In this document: positions 9,690 through 19,347 of the stretch, piece by piece
Layout: every line of letters starts with the position of its first letter
Position numbering within the stretch: the first letter of the stretch is position 1
IMG/VR virus record: IMGVR_UViG_3300042146_000099
Coordinates: 9,470-73,469 of that record
Direction: 5' to 3' (one strand)
DNA: 64,000 nt
From: a virus
Translations under genes and position numbers: made by a program
The notes under the pieces: generated by a model
Told to the model about the DNA's origin: nothing
What the model saw: the letters and a program-made list of their open reading frames with translations, nothing else
Databases searched by the model: none

Positions 9690-9887
9690 TCAGGACTCGG
9701 CGATGGTGCGGGCGGCGTTCACGTCGCGCGCGTCCTTCTGCCGGCGCCACTCTGCGACCTCGCGCTTGATGTACATGCGCAGGTCTGCGGATCGGGCGAC
9801 GCCCTTCTCCTCGCAGAGTTGCCCGTACGCAGCCCACGTCTCGTCGTCGACGCGGATCACTCGCTGCGGGGTCGGGTTGCTGGCCAT
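9690..9887 (-). CDS. Ribbon-helix-helix DNA-binding protein
   Basis: TPQRVIRVDDETW...RSADLRMYI pattern. Confidence 0.75.
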   Translation of the reverse strand: MASNPTPQRVIRVDDETWAAYGQLCEEKGVARSADLRMYIKREVAEWRRQKDARDVNAARTIAES

Positions 9888-9904
9888 GTCCACAGAGTAG
9901 CGGC

Positions 9905-9982
9905 TGTCTGGGCACCCGCGATACACCCCATCGCTCGCGACTCTCGCAACGCTATGCACTGTCTAGACACAAGAGATACAAT
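9905..9982. promoter_or_regulatory. Divergent promoter/operator region
   Basis: Perfect palindrome TGTCTAGACA (9960-9969), imperfect copy TGTCTGGGCA (9905-9914), -10-like TACAAT. Confidence 0.5.
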
Positions 9983-10061
9983 TGGGGTGCGTTCAAGGGC
10001 GGGCCCAAGGCGCCCATCGCCCATGCCCCGACCCCGACCAGCACGATCGAAAGAAGCAGAG

Positions 10062-10577
10062 ATGGCCGTCTCTCAGCGCCTGCGATACGAGATCCTCCGC
10101 AGGGACAACCACGCCTGCCGCTACTGCGGCGCCACGGCGCCCGACGTGAAACTCAACGTCGACCACGTCATCCCCACGTCGCTCGGCGGCAGCGACCAGC
10201 CGGACAACCTCGTCACCGCCTGCGCTGCCTGCAACGGCGGCAAGACCAGCAGCATGCCGAACGCCATGGTGGTTGCCGACCCCAACCAGGACACGTTCCG
10301 GCAGGCGGCCGAGGTGCGCCAGGTCGCACTCGCGCTGGCCGGCGTGGTGCGCACGACGTGGCTGGAGAACTGGCGACTCCGTCACGGGGATCAGCCGGAT
10401 ACCGACCTTGAGCATGAGTTCTACGCGCGCCTTGTAGCCGCCGTCTGGGAAGGGCGTACGCAGGATCAGTTGGTCATCGCAGCCCGCTCGGCGGCCATGG
10501 GGCGGAACGCCGAAGTGGACTACTTCGCCTACCACGTTGCCTGCGAAGACGCTGACGAGAAGGCCGGTGACCTCTGA
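10062..10577 (+). CDS. HNH endonuclease
   Basis: RYEILRRDNHACRYCG...VDHVIP..GG...NLVTACAACNGGK. Confidence 0.9.
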   Translation: MAVSQRLRYEILRRDNHACRYCGATAPDVKLNVDHVIPTSLGGSDQPDNLVTACAACNGGKTSSMPNAMVVADPNQDTFRQAAEVRQVALALAGVVRTTWLENWRLRHGDQPDTDLEHEFYARLVAAVWEGRTQDQLVIAARSAAMGRNAEVDYFAYHVACEDADEKAGDL

Positions 10578-11440
10578 TGGCCCGCATCCGCACGATCAAG
10601 CCCGAGTTCTTCACCTCGCTCACCGTCGCCGACCTCACGCCCGAGCAGCGACTCACCTTCATCGGGCTGTGGACCCACGTGGACGACGAAGGTCGGTGCG
10701 TCGATGACCCGCGTCTGATCAAGGCCGCGATCTGGCCGCTCGACGACCGCACCGCCGCCGACATCGAGATCGACCTGAAGGCACTCACTGAGTCCTCACT
10801 GATTACTCGCTACACGCTCAATCGCAAGCGCTACCTCGCCGTCACAGGCTGGGAGGAGCACCAGCGGATCAACCGTCCGACCGCGAGCAAGCTCCCGGCC
10901 CCGGAAGAGGGCGATCCCACGCCTCCCGACCCCGTGACCAGGTACAACGGCACCTCACTGAACACTCACGCACAACTCAGTGAGGACTCACCACAGGAAA
11001 GGAAAGGAAAGGAAGGGAACAGGGAAGGGAAGGGAACCCCCCTACCCCCCGCGTCCCACCAGCCTCACGTAGACGACTCCGAAGGCCCGAGCGGGAAGAC
11101 CCGCTCCGAGCTGATGGCCGAGGACTGGTGGCAGCAGTACGGCCGCCGCACCGCACAGACGAAGCGCACCATCCGGCAGGCCATCGCTGACGCCCTCACG
11201 AACGGCATCGACCCCGACGAGCTGCGCGCCGCCCTCGGCCGTCTCGGCGAGACCTCGAAGCCAGTCACCGGCGGCACGCTCCAGTTCGCCCTCGCGGACA
11301 TCCGCAAGCCGTCTCCCGGCGGCGCCGTCATCCCCTTCACCGGCCGCCAACAAGCCCAGCAATCCGAAACCGACGCCTGGTTCGACCGCGCGATGGAACG
11401 CGCCCGCGCCCGCGACGAAGCCGCAGGAGACACCGCATGA
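10577..11440 (+). CDS. Phage replication initiator / replisome organiser
   Basis: MARIRTIKPEFF N-terminus, HQRINRP, low-complexity KG/EG linker with internal repeats. Confidence 0.8.
   Translation: MARIRTIKPEFFTSLTVADLTPEQRLTFIGLWTHVDDEGRCVDDPRLIKAAIWPLDDRTAADIEIDLKALTESSLITRYTLNRKRYLAVTGWEEHQRINRPTASKLPAPEEGDPTPPDPVTRYNGTSLNTHAQLSEDSPQERKGKEGNREGKGTPLPPASHQPHVDDSEGPSGKTRSELMAEDWWQQYGRRTAQTKRTIRQAIADALTNGIDPDELRAALGRLGETSKPVTGGTLQFALADIRKPSPGGAVIPFTGRQQAQQSETDAWFDRAMERARARDEAAGDTA
10784..11037. repeat. Candidate origin iterons inside the initiator gene
   Basis: CTCACTGA at 10784, 10795, 10954, inverted copy at about 10976, then purine-only GGAAAGGAAAGGAAAGGAAGGGAA tract. Confidence 0.6.
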
Positions 11441-12084
11441 ACAGCCAGCAAGCAGCAGTCCTCTGCCGCTACGTCCGCGCCCTCTGCCCCCAGCAGAAGT
11501 TCGACGAGTACACCCCCGACGCCTGGCACGACGTCCTCCGCAACTATCTCCTCGAAGAAGCCCGCACCGCCGCCGCCACGATCGCCAACAAGCAGCCGTT
11601 CGTATCCCCCGGCGAGATCGCCACCGAGATCCGCCGCATGCACGCCGACCGTCTCGGCCGACACACTGACCCCACCCCGAGGGCGAACCCGGACGACGTC
11701 GCCGCATACAAGGCCGAACTGGCCGCGACCCGCGCCGCCGTCGCCACTGGCCAGGCCCCACCCTCCCAAGCTGAGCTCGCCGCCGGGCCCATGCACCCCG
11801 ACGTTGCCGCCCGCCTCAAGACGCTCGGCGAATACGTACCCCGCCACGTCGACGAAGCCCTCGACGAGTACCGCCCCGTCAAGGCCGCCCGCCGCGCCGC
11901 GATCGCCGAAGGCCAGCCCGACGCCCTCTCCGTGCCATGCGGCTGGTGCGACGCCCCGGTCGACGAAGCGTGCCGCTCCCGCCGTATCGACCCGCGCGGC
12001 GGAGCGATCAAGAACCGGCGCCGCGAGACACCACACCCTTCCCGCGTCGAAGACGCCCGCGACGCCATGCAGGAGCAGCAGTGA
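11437..12084 (+). CDS. Helicase loader/inhibitor-like protein with C-terminal zinc finger
   Basis: Follows initiator; DAWHDVL..., PFVSPGEI; CGWC..A..C...HPSR. Confidence 0.65.
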   Translation: MNSQQAAVLCRYVRALCPQQKFDEYTPDAWHDVLRNYLLEEARTAAATIANKQPFVSPGEIATEIRRMHADRLGRHTDPTPRANPDDVAAYKAELAATRAAVATGQAPPSQAELAAGPMHPDVAARLKTLGEYVPRHVDEALDEYRPVKAARRAAIAEGQPDALSVPCGWCDAPVDEACRSRRIDPRGGAIKNRRRETPHPSRVEDARDAMQEQQ

Positions 12085-12410
12085 CCGACCACCCCGTCCA
12101 CCGCGACGACATCGCAGCGCTCCGCAAGGAAGACGACCTCAAGGCGTACATGCGCAGCCTCCTCCGCCCCACCCAGAAAACCGGCACCCCGCCCAAGCGG
12201 AAACCCAAACGCATGTGGGGTGCCATCCCGATACCCCCCGACCACAAACCGGGCCAATGGCCACCCGGCACCAGCCCACCCGGACCAGCCCCCGAACGCC
12301 ACCTCCCCAACGCCGTCTGGGAAGCCGCCGAACCGCACTACAGCAACGAGATCAACCGCCCCGACCAGCCATGCGACTGCGGCAACTGCACTCCGAAGGA
12401 GGAGGCGTGA
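12081..12410 (+). CDS. Hypothetical Pro-rich protein
   Basis: GTGA overlap. Confidence 0.55.
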   Translation: MTDHPVHRDDIAALRKEDDLKAYMRSLLRPTQKTGTPPKRKPKRMWGAIPIPPDHKPGQWPPGTSPPGPAPERHLPNAVWEAAEPHYSNEINRPDQPCDCGNCTPKEEA

Positions 12411-12769
12411 GCCCCATCCGGCCCGAGAACCGCGACCGGTACCCGTCCGACTGGAAGCAGATCAGCATCCGCATCCGCACCGAACGGGCGGCCGGACGCT
12501 GCGAATGCCTCGGCGAATGCGGCATCGACCACAGCGGCCGATGCACCGCCGAGCACAGCAAGGCCCATCCGGTCACCGGCTCGAAGGTCGTCCTCACGAC
12601 GGCCCACCGCGATCACACGCCGGAGAACGTCGACGACGCGAACCTCTTCGCCGCCTGCCAGCGCTGCCACCTGCGGTACGACGCTCCGCACCACCGCGAA
12701 ACCGCAGCAGCCACCCGCCGCGCCGCGATCGAAGCCGCCGGCCAACTCGCCCTCGACCCGCCCCCGTAG
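12407..12769 (+). CDS. HNH-like endonuclease
   Basis: YPSDWKQIS...RCEC...VVLTTAHRDH...NLFAACQRCHLRYD. Confidence 0.8.
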   Translation: MSPIRPENRDRYPSDWKQISIRIRTERAAGRCECLGECGIDHSGRCTAEHSKAHPVTGSKVVLTTAHRDHTPENVDDANLFAACQRCHLRYDAPHHRETAAATRRAAIEAAGQLALDPPP

Positions 12770-12889
12770 CCAAGCCCCGCCCGGTACCCGCTGCACCAGC
12801 CCCCGCGGCCGACGACTCCCCATCGACAGCCACGACGCACGCATCCAAGCCCACACCACGCAGAGCCGACCCGACGAAGGAGCCAGCCA

Positions 12890-13282
12890 GTGACCAGCCG
12901 CTACGTCTACGACCCGCTGAACGGCGAACGCCCCACCGAGAGCCTCCAGCAGAAGGCCGACCGCATCCGCGCCGAGCAAGGCCTCCCGCCCGAGTCCGAG
13001 CACTCCGGCCCGCAGACCTGCCACTGGTACGACGACGGCCACGGCGGACGCTTCCTCATCCCCGGCTGCATGACCCGCGTCATCAACCCCGACGTCGACG
13101 TCTGCTCCTGCAAGACGATCGAGGAGCAGCTGGACGACGCCCGCGAGCAGATCGCCAAGCTGAAGCAGGCGCGCGACAGCCTCCAGAAGTGGCACGACCA
13201 CATCTGCCGCGCCGTGTACGACCACACCGACGGCGTGAAGATCATGAAGCAGGCGGCCGACCGAGCAGGGATCGGCCGATGA
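12890..13282 (+). CDS. Hypothetical protein
   Basis: RBS AAGGAG. Confidence 0.6.
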   Translation: MTSRYVYDPLNGERPTESLQQKADRIRAEQGLPPESEHSGPQTCHWYDDGHGGRFLIPGCMTRVINPDVDVCSCKTIEEQLDDAREQIAKLKQARDSLQKWHDHICRAVYDHTDGVKIMKQAADRAGIGR

Positions 13283-13680
13283 CCCGGGGAGCTGGCCGCA
13301 GCCGCGGCTACCGCGCCCAAGACTCCGAACTCCGCCCCGGCAAAACCGTCGTCCCCTTCGGCGAGAAGACGACGATCTGCCCCGCCTGCCGCCAGCACAA
13401 GCACAACGCGTGCTGGGCCCACACCGCAGCCCTCGGTATCGGCGGAGAACCCGGCTGCCCCTGCGGCTGCCACGTCCCCCTCGACGAGCCGTTGATGACC
13501 GACGAGGCGATCGACGACATGGCCGCGCACGGCCTCCTCGCCGAGCACGTCAAGTTCCAAACCGCCATGGCCCTCCGGTCGTCCCTCGCCATCCACTACC
13601 CCGAGGTCTGCCGCCGCTGCACTGCCATCGAAGGCGCCAAGGCCGGCCAACAGGACGCGCTCCCGCTGGAGGACACGTGA
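13279..13680 (+). CDS. Hypothetical Cys-rich protein
   Basis: ATGA overlap. Confidence 0.55.
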   Translation: MTRGAGRSRGYRAQDSELRPGKTVVPFGEKTTICPACRQHKHNACWAHTAALGIGGEPGCPCGCHVPLDEPLMTDEAIDDMAAHGLLAEHVKFQTAMALRSSLAIHYPEVCRRCTAIEGAKAGQQDALPLEDT

Positions 13681-13985
13681 CCCGCCACTGCCGCATCGAC
13701 GGATGCCCCACCCCCGCCGCCAAACAACGCCGCGTCTGCCACCGCCACTACAACCGCATCCGCCGCTACGGCGACCCCGACTTCAACACCTGGACAGTGG
13801 CCGACGACCAAGACGTCGCCACGATCATCCGCGAGCAGCGACCCGCCGAGGGCCTGACCCGTCTCGAACGCGTCCTCGTCGCCCAAGGCCTCACCCAACT
13901 GGGCCTGCCCGCCGAGGAGATCGCCCGGATCCTCGCCGTCACCCCACGCACCGTCTACCGCTGGCGCGCCCGCACCGCCGCCTAA
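13677..13985 (+). CDS. Zinc-finger plus HTH protein
   Basis: CRIDGC...CHRHY; GLPAEEIARILAVTPRTVYRWR. Confidence 0.7.
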   Translation: MTRHCRIDGCPTPAAKQRRVCHRHYNRIRRYGDPDFNTWTVADDQDVATIIREQRPAEGLTRLERVLVAQGLTQLGLPAEEIARILAVTPRTVYRWRARTAA

Positions 13986-14058
13986 CCGATCACCAACGCG
14001 CGACCCCATCGCCACCACCCGCCATCCACACGACCTGACCCACGAGTAAGGAACCGCC

Positions 14059-14484
14059 GTGACCAGCACACCCGCCCGCACGAACACCCCCGACCGCGTC
14101 AACGACGACGGCACCCGCACGATCAAGATGAAGCGCGCCTGCAACGGATGCGGCAAACACCTCGGCGACGTCACCGAGCAGGAGATGGCCCGCGGCATCA
14201 ACGGCCTGCCACTCCCCGACGTCCGCCGCGAGTGCCCCTCCTGCGGGCCCACCGCGCCCGAACCCCGCTGCCTGCCCGTGTCCGCCGTCGACGGCGACGA
14301 GGCGTGCTTGGACGGCGACTGCGACCACGCCGTCGAGGCGGGCGCCGACTACTGCACGAACACCAGCAGGCACACGCTCTGCGTCACCCACTCCGAGATC
14401 AACAACGACGGCGCGATCACCCACGCCGAGCCGTGGCCGTGCAGGCACAGCCACCAGGTCGCCGCCGTCTCGTCTGTCGTCTGA
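14059..14484 (+). CDS. Hypothetical Cys-rich protein
   Basis: CNGC...CPSC. Confidence 0.6.
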   Translation: MTSTPARTNTPDRVNDDGTRTIKMKRACNGCGKHLGDVTEQEMARGINGLPLPDVRRECPSCGPTAPEPRCLPVSAVDGDEACLDGDCDHAVEAGADYCTNTSRHTLCVTHSEINNDGAITHAEPWPCRHSHQVAAVSSVV

Positions 14485-14506
14485 CCACCCACCACCAGGA
14501 GACCCG

Positions 14507-15250
14507 ATGACCCCGTACTGGGAAGACCCCGACAGCGGCCTGCAGCTCTACTTGGGGGACATGCGCGAGGTGCTGCCCGCGCTCGACATACAGGCCGATT
14601 GCATCGTCACGGATCCGCCGTACTCGGAAACGAGCCTCGCCTGGGACCGCTGGCCCGACGGCTGGCCCGCCCTCGCAGCCACCGCCGCCAACTCGATGTG
14701 GTGCTTCGGCTCGATGCGCATGTTCCTCGACCGCGGCCCGGAGTTCGCCGACTGGAAGCTGAGCCAGGACATCGTCTGGCAGAAGGCCAACGGCACCGGA
14801 TTCGCCACCGACCGCTTCAAGCGCGTCCACGAGATCGCCACCCACTGGTACCGCGGCGACTGGAGCGCGGTGCACCACGACACCCCGCGCGTCGCGTACA
14901 CCGGCCCGGACAAGCACGCCCGCGCCCGCGCCTCCCGCACTCCGCACACCGGGGCGATCGGCGGGTTCCTGTACGAGGACGACGGGACGCGGCTGATGCG
15001 GTCTGTGCTGGATGCCCCGTCGGTGCGCGGTGGCTGGCATCCCACCCAGAAGCCCCACGGCGTCTTGGATCCGCTGATCCGCTACGCCTGCCCGCCCAGC
15101 GGTCTCGTGCTGGATCCGTTCGCCGGGTCGGGAAGCACGCTGGATGCCGCACGGCAGGCCGGACGGCGGGCGATCGGCATCGAAGCCCACGAGCCGTATG
15201 CGGAAGCCGCCGCGCGTCGTCTGGACGCGTTCGTGCTGCCCGCCGTGTAG
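14507..15250 (+). CDS. N6-adenine/N4-cytosine DNA methyltransferase (beta class)
   Basis: TDPPY, HPTQKP, VLDPFAGSGST in beta order. Confidence 0.92.
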   Translation: MTPYWEDPDSGLQLYLGDMREVLPALDIQADCIVTDPPYSETSLAWDRWPDGWPALAATAANSMWCFGSMRMFLDRGPEFADWKLSQDIVWQKANGTGFATDRFKRVHEIATHWYRGDWSAVHHDTPRVAYTGPDKHARARASRTPHTGAIGGFLYEDDGTRLMRSVLDAPSVRGGWHPTQKPHGVLDPLIRYACPPSGLVLDPFAGSGSTLDAARQAGRRAIGIEAHEPYAEAAARRLDAFVLPAV

Positions 15251-15288
15251 CCCCCGCCGACCACCAACCCACACACAAGGAGCAGCAC

Positions 15289-16323
15289 ATGAACAGCCAG
15301 CCCGACCAGCCGCCGACTCTCCGACTCCTCAGCCTCGGCGCCGGCGTCCAATCCACCACCCTGCTGATGCTCGCCGCCGAAGGCCGCCTCCCCGGCCTGG
15401 ACGGTGCGATCTTCGCGGACACCGGGTGGGAGCCCGCCGCCGTGTACGAGCACCTCGACCGGCTGGAGGCTGAAGTCGCCAAGCCCGCAGGGATCCCGAT
15501 CTACCGGGTGTCGACCGGCCGGATCCAGGACGACGTCCTCGACCCCGACAAACAGCGCTCCCTGCCCGCCCACACCCGCGACCCTGAGACGGGCGAGGAC
15601 GGCATGTTGAACCGGCGGTGCACGCAGACGTACAAGCTCACCCCGATCCTCCGTCAGACCCGGCTCCTCCTCGGCGCGCAGACGTCCGACCCGCACCCGT
15701 GCCGGTACTGCGACGGCGAGGGCGAGCGGATCGCCCCGTGGCGCGCCAAGCGCGGTGACATGACCACCGGCCCGTGCTCCGTCTGCGACGGCACTGGCGT
15801 ACTCGTCCGCGTCGGCCAGCCGGCCAAGGGTGTGTGGGCCGAGCAGTGGATCGGCTTCTCCACTGACGAGATCGGCCGGGTCTCCGACCGCGGCGACACC
15901 CGCTACTCGAAGTCCCGGCATCCGCTGCTGGAGTTGGGCATGTCCCGCACCCAGTGCGAGGCGTACCTGAAGCACCACGGCTGGACATCGGTGGAGAAGT
16001 CGGCGTGCATCGGCTGCCCCTTCCACGGCAACGCCGAATGGCGCCGGATCCGAGACACCGACCCGGAGTCGTGGGCTGAGGCAGTTCGCTTCGACAAGGC
16101 GTACCGCACCGGGCCCGGGCTGCGGCACGAACGGTTCCTGCACATCTCCCGCAAGCCTCTGGACGAAGCCCCGATCGACAAGATCCGGCGGTCCGAGTGG
16201 CAGATGGACACGTTCTTCGACGTGGCCTACGAGGCGGAGCTTGCCGAGAACGGTGACCCGGACGGCTGCTCCCCGTGGGCGTGCCGGTCGGGAGCGCCGG
16301 TCTCCGCTGACGACGCGGCGTGA
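15289..16323 (+). CDS. PAPS-reductase-like / PP-loop protein
   Basis: LLSLGAGVQST, IFADTGWE, RRCTQTYK, WIGFSTDE, KSACIGCPFH. Confidence 0.8.
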   Translation: MNSQPDQPPTLRLLSLGAGVQSTTLLMLAAEGRLPGLDGAIFADTGWEPAAVYEHLDRLEAEVAKPAGIPIYRVSTGRIQDDVLDPDKQRSLPAHTRDPETGEDGMLNRRCTQTYKLTPILRQTRLLLGAQTSDPHPCRYCDGEGERIAPWRAKRGDMTTGPCSVCDGTGVLVRVGQPAKGVWAEQWIGFSTDEIGRVSDRGDTRYSKSRHPLLELGMSRTQCEAYLKHHGWTSVEKSACIGCPFHGNAEWRRIRDTDPESWAEAVRFDKAYRTGPGLRHERFLHISRKPLDEAPIDKIRRSEWQMDTFFDVAYEAELAENGDPDGCSPWACRSGAPVSADDAA

Positions 16324-16427
16324 ACGTGAGGCGGCCCGCGCTGCCGTTAACAGCGCGGGCCCAGCCCGAACCCTACCCACCCGCCGTGCCGTCCTTGGGG
16401 CGGCCGGCACCCACCCCTGGAGCACCG

Positions 16428-17186
16428 ATGACCGACACCACCGAGACCGAGCGCCTTCACGATCAGATCCTCAGCCTGCAAGCCGAACTGGCGACAGTGC
16501 GCGATCTGCTGCGCACGGAGAACCAGCGCGCGAACGCGGCGATCGACCGCGAGGAGACCGCCGAGGAGGCCGCGCTCGAAGCGCACGAGGAGGTACGGCG
16601 GCTGCGCGCCGCTTCGGCTGTTGTGCCTGCCGCAGACCGGGCCGCCGTGCTCCGGGACTTCGTGTCCGAGCTCGACGAGCGACTCCTCGGCTGCTGCGAG
16701 GAGTGCAACGCCTGCGCGGCAATCGCCCGCGATCTCGCCGCCGAACTGGCCGTCGAGTCTGCCGCCGTGGATCGGGTGGCCGCCGAAACACCACAACCCG
16801 AGACGGACGCCGTACTCCTCGCTCTCGTCCGCGACTTCCTCGACCCCGACCCCTGCCAGTTCGACCACCACGGCTACTGCCAGGCGCACGCCGCTGGGTT
16901 CGGCGGCGAGCCGATGAGCTGCCCCCACCGCCGCGCCCGGGAAGTGCTCGCGGAGATCGACAGCGGGCAGCCCGGCCCGGCTGTTGAGGCGCAGCCCGGC
17001 AACGACACCAAGACGCCCGTCGGCTACAGCGGCAAGGGCCGCCTCTGGTGCCTCACCTGCCGCCGCCCCGACGGCGAGAACCTCCCCGTCACCATCGCCG
17101 TCGTCCGCGACGGGGAGCTGTGTGCGGGCTGCGGACGGGACGTCGTCGACGTCGCGCGCGCCACCGAGCAGCCGAAGGAGGCCTGA
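16428..17186 (+). CDS. Hypothetical mosaic protein
   Basis: RBS GGAG; coiled coil plus DPCQFDHHGYCQAH. Confidence 0.6.
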   Translation: MTDTTETERLHDQILSLQAELATVRDLLRTENQRANAAIDREETAEEAALEAHEEVRRLRAASAVVPAADRAAVLRDFVSELDERLLGCCEECNACAAIARDLAAELAVESAAVDRVAAETPQPETDAVLLALVRDFLDPDPCQFDHHGYCQAHAAGFGGEPMSCPHRRAREVLAEIDSGQPGPAVEAQPGNDTKTPVGYSGKGRLWCLTCRRPDGENLPVTIAVVRDGELCAGCGRDVVDVARATEQPKEA

Positions 17187-17188
17187 CC

Positions 17189-17383
17189 GTGGCCGAGTAC
17201 CGCGTCAGCCGCTACGCGCACAGCCGCATCTACCGCTGGCAGTGGCGCTGCCTCCACGCCGAACACGTCGGCGTGAACCCGAACCCGGTCCGTTGCCCGG
17301 AAGGCGGTGTGGCCCGCTCGGAGGACGAGGCGAACCGGACGGCGGCCGAGCACGCGCAGGCCCATGACGGAACGCCGCCGTGA
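17189..17383 (+). CDS. Small hypothetical protein
   Basis: RBS AAGGAGG. Confidence 0.55.
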   Translation: MAEYRVSRYAHSRIYRWQWRCLHAEHVGVNPNPVRCPEGGVARSEDEANRTAAEHAQAHDGTPP

Positions 17384-17552
17384 CCGTGCGGCGGCCCGTG
17401 CGCCCACAACAGGCCCGAGAAAGCCGCTGTGCGCCCGTCTCCCGGCCTCAACCCCGCTCGCGCGGCTCTCGCGACGCCGGAACCCCTCCAGCGGCCCGCA
17501 GGCACCCGCACAGCGCTTCGCCCCCACAAACCCGACGCAACCGGAGCAACAC

Positions 17553-17927
17553 GTGACAAACCCGTACCGCGTCCTCGTCACCGGCAGCAGGACCTGGAAC
17601 GACCAAGCCGTCATCTGGCAGGCCCTCGCCAACGTCGTCCGCCAACTCCCCCCAGACCGCGAGGTCGTCCTCGTCCACGGCGCATGCCCGCGCGGCGCCG
17701 ACGAGATGGCCCACCAGTGGATGCGCGGCTACGGCGGCGTCATCGAAGCCCACCCAGCGAACTGGGTGAAGCACGGCAAGGCCGCCGGGTTCCGCCGCAA
17801 CGCCGAGATGGTCGCCCTCGGCGCGGACATCTGCTTGGCGTTCATCCGCAACAACTCCCGTGGCGCCTCCCACACCGCCGCCCTCGCCGAGAAGGCAGGC
17901 ATCCCGACCAGGAGGTACACCGCGTGA
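17553..17927 (+). CDS. SLOG-family protein (YspA/DUF2493-like)
   Basis: VLVTGSR, VHGACPRGAD, AGFRRNAEMV, SRGASHT. Confidence 0.85.
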   Translation: MTNPYRVLVTGSRTWNDQAVIWQALANVVRQLPPDREVVLVHGACPRGADEMAHQWMRGYGGVIEAHPANWVKHGKAAGFRRNAEMVALGADICLAFIRNNSRGASHTAALAEKAGIPTRRYTA

Positions 17928-18082
17928 ACCCCGCCGACGCCGAGCAACAGCGCCGCAACGCCATCCACTCCGTCTCCGGCCGCGTCATCGACTGCTGCGA
18001 GACCGGCGAAACCGACTGCCCTTGCATCTGCCACGACGACACGGACGACCAGTGCCCGGCACCCGAGGAGCAGCAGCCGTGA
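17924..18082 (+). CDS. Small Cys-rich protein
   Basis: GTGA overlaps on both sides. Confidence 0.45.
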   Translation: MNPADAEQQRRNAIHSVSGRVIDCCETGETDCPCICHDDTDDQCPAPEEQQP

Positions 18083-18321
18083 CCGCCCCCGACGTCCTCA
18101 CCTCCGCCGCCAAGGAACTCCTCGCCGACCCCGACAGCCGCGAGATCGTCCTCCCCTCCGGCGCGATCATCTCCGCCACCCTCGCCACGCCCCTCGCCGT
18201 CTGGCTGACCGCAGAAGCCCGCCGCATCTCCTGCGCGTCCTCGACAGCCGGTCAAGAGATCGTCGGCCGCAACGCCCTCGCGGTGGCGCGCGCCATCCTC
18301 GGCACCCAGGAGACCGCATGA
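18079..18321 (+). CDS. Hypothetical protein
   Basis: Coupled ORF. Confidence 0.55.
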   Translation: MTAPDVLTSAAKELLADPDSREIVLPSGAIISATLATPLAVWLTAEARRISCASSTAGQEIVGRNALAVARAILGTQETA

Positions 18322-18821
18322 GCATCTACGCGTCGATCGAAGGCGTCGGCGGCGACAGCGACCCCGAACACCTCGGCAAGCCCTGGATCTACCGCGGCAG
18401 CCACCTCACCCCCGCCGAAGACGACCCCCGCAACGGCGTGATCGGCCTCGCCCTCATCCCCTCCCACATCACCGCCGACGCCCGCGACGACTCCCCAGCC
18501 GACGGCCCACCATGGCCATGGCTACGCCTGCGCCTCACCGTCGACGGCGACGACCCGACCGTCCTCATCAACCCCGCACAAGCACGGTTCCTCGCCGAGC
18601 AGCTCGCTACCTGGGCCGACCGCGCAGACCCGCCCGAGTTCCCCGGCGGACAGCACTGGTGGATCCACACCCGGCTCCCCTCCGGCAGCAGCGTCTGCGG
18701 GCCCGGCAGCAGCGACCGCGACGCCGTCGTTACCCGGCTGGCCGAGCTCCGGGCCGCGAACCCGAACGCCACCTACCGGCTCGTCTGCGACACCAGCCGC
18801 AGCACCGTGGAGGACGCGTGA
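18318..18821 (+). CDS. Hypothetical protein
   Basis: ATGA overlap with RBS. Confidence 0.65.
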   Translation: MSIYASIEGVGGDSDPEHLGKPWIYRGSHLTPAEDDPRNGVIGLALIPSHITADARDDSPADGPPWPWLRLRLTVDGDDPTVLINPAQARFLAEQLATWADRADPPEFPGGQHWWIHTRLPSGSSVCGPGSSDRDAVVTRLAELRAANPNATYRLVCDTSRSTVEDA

Positions 18822-19282
18822 CCGACCAGCCCAAGGAACACGACGTCGTGCGCGCCGCACGCCTCGACAGCCTCAGCGTCCTTCTCACCCGCATCGCCAA
18901 CGGCCGAACGCTCACCCCGGAAGAGGCCCGGCTCCTGGTGAAGCACGTGGGCGTCGAGGTCAGCGAGTCCACGACCGCGCGAGCCGTCGGCGCCGAACTC
19001 GCCGCGCTCACCCAGCGTCTCGACATCGGCGACGCACAAGCCTGGTGCAAGTACTGCCGCCGCGCCTGGGACAGCCCCGCACACCGCTGCGAGTCGGACG
19101 CTGAGCAGCGGGTGCAGCGGATCGCTGAACTCCGTGATCGGTGGCTGATGGCCGGGCCGCCGCCCCTCGGCACGCCCCTCGCACGCTGGTGGGACAAGCG
19201 GCTCGCTGAACTGAACGCCGCCCTCGACGAGCCCGCACCCGCCACGCCGACAGCGACCCAAGCGACCGACCAACCGAAGTGA
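18818..19282 (+). CDS. Hypothetical protein
   Basis: GTGA overlap. Confidence 0.6.
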   Translation: MTDQPKEHDVVRAARLDSLSVLLTRIANGRTLTPEEARLLVKHVGVEVSESTTARAVGAELAALTQRLDIGDAQAWCKYCRRAWDSPAHRCESDAEQRVQRIAELRDRWLMAGPPPLGTPLARWWDKRLAELNAALDEPAPATPTATQATDQPK

Positions 19283-19302
19283 ACACGCCTGCCGCAAACA
19301 GC

Positions 19303-19335
19303 GAAACGCCCGCCCTCACCCAGGACGGGCGCTTC
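19303..19335. terminator. Hairpin between the early operon and the convergent peptide gene
   Basis: GAAACGCCCGCCCT-caccc-AGGACGGGCGCTTC imperfect stem. Confidence 0.55.
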
Positions 19336-19347
19336 CACACACCGCGC

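Noticed and set aside
6214-15250. Restriction-modification system
   Set aside because: Methyltransferases have no adjacent recognisable restriction endonuclease; treated as orphans
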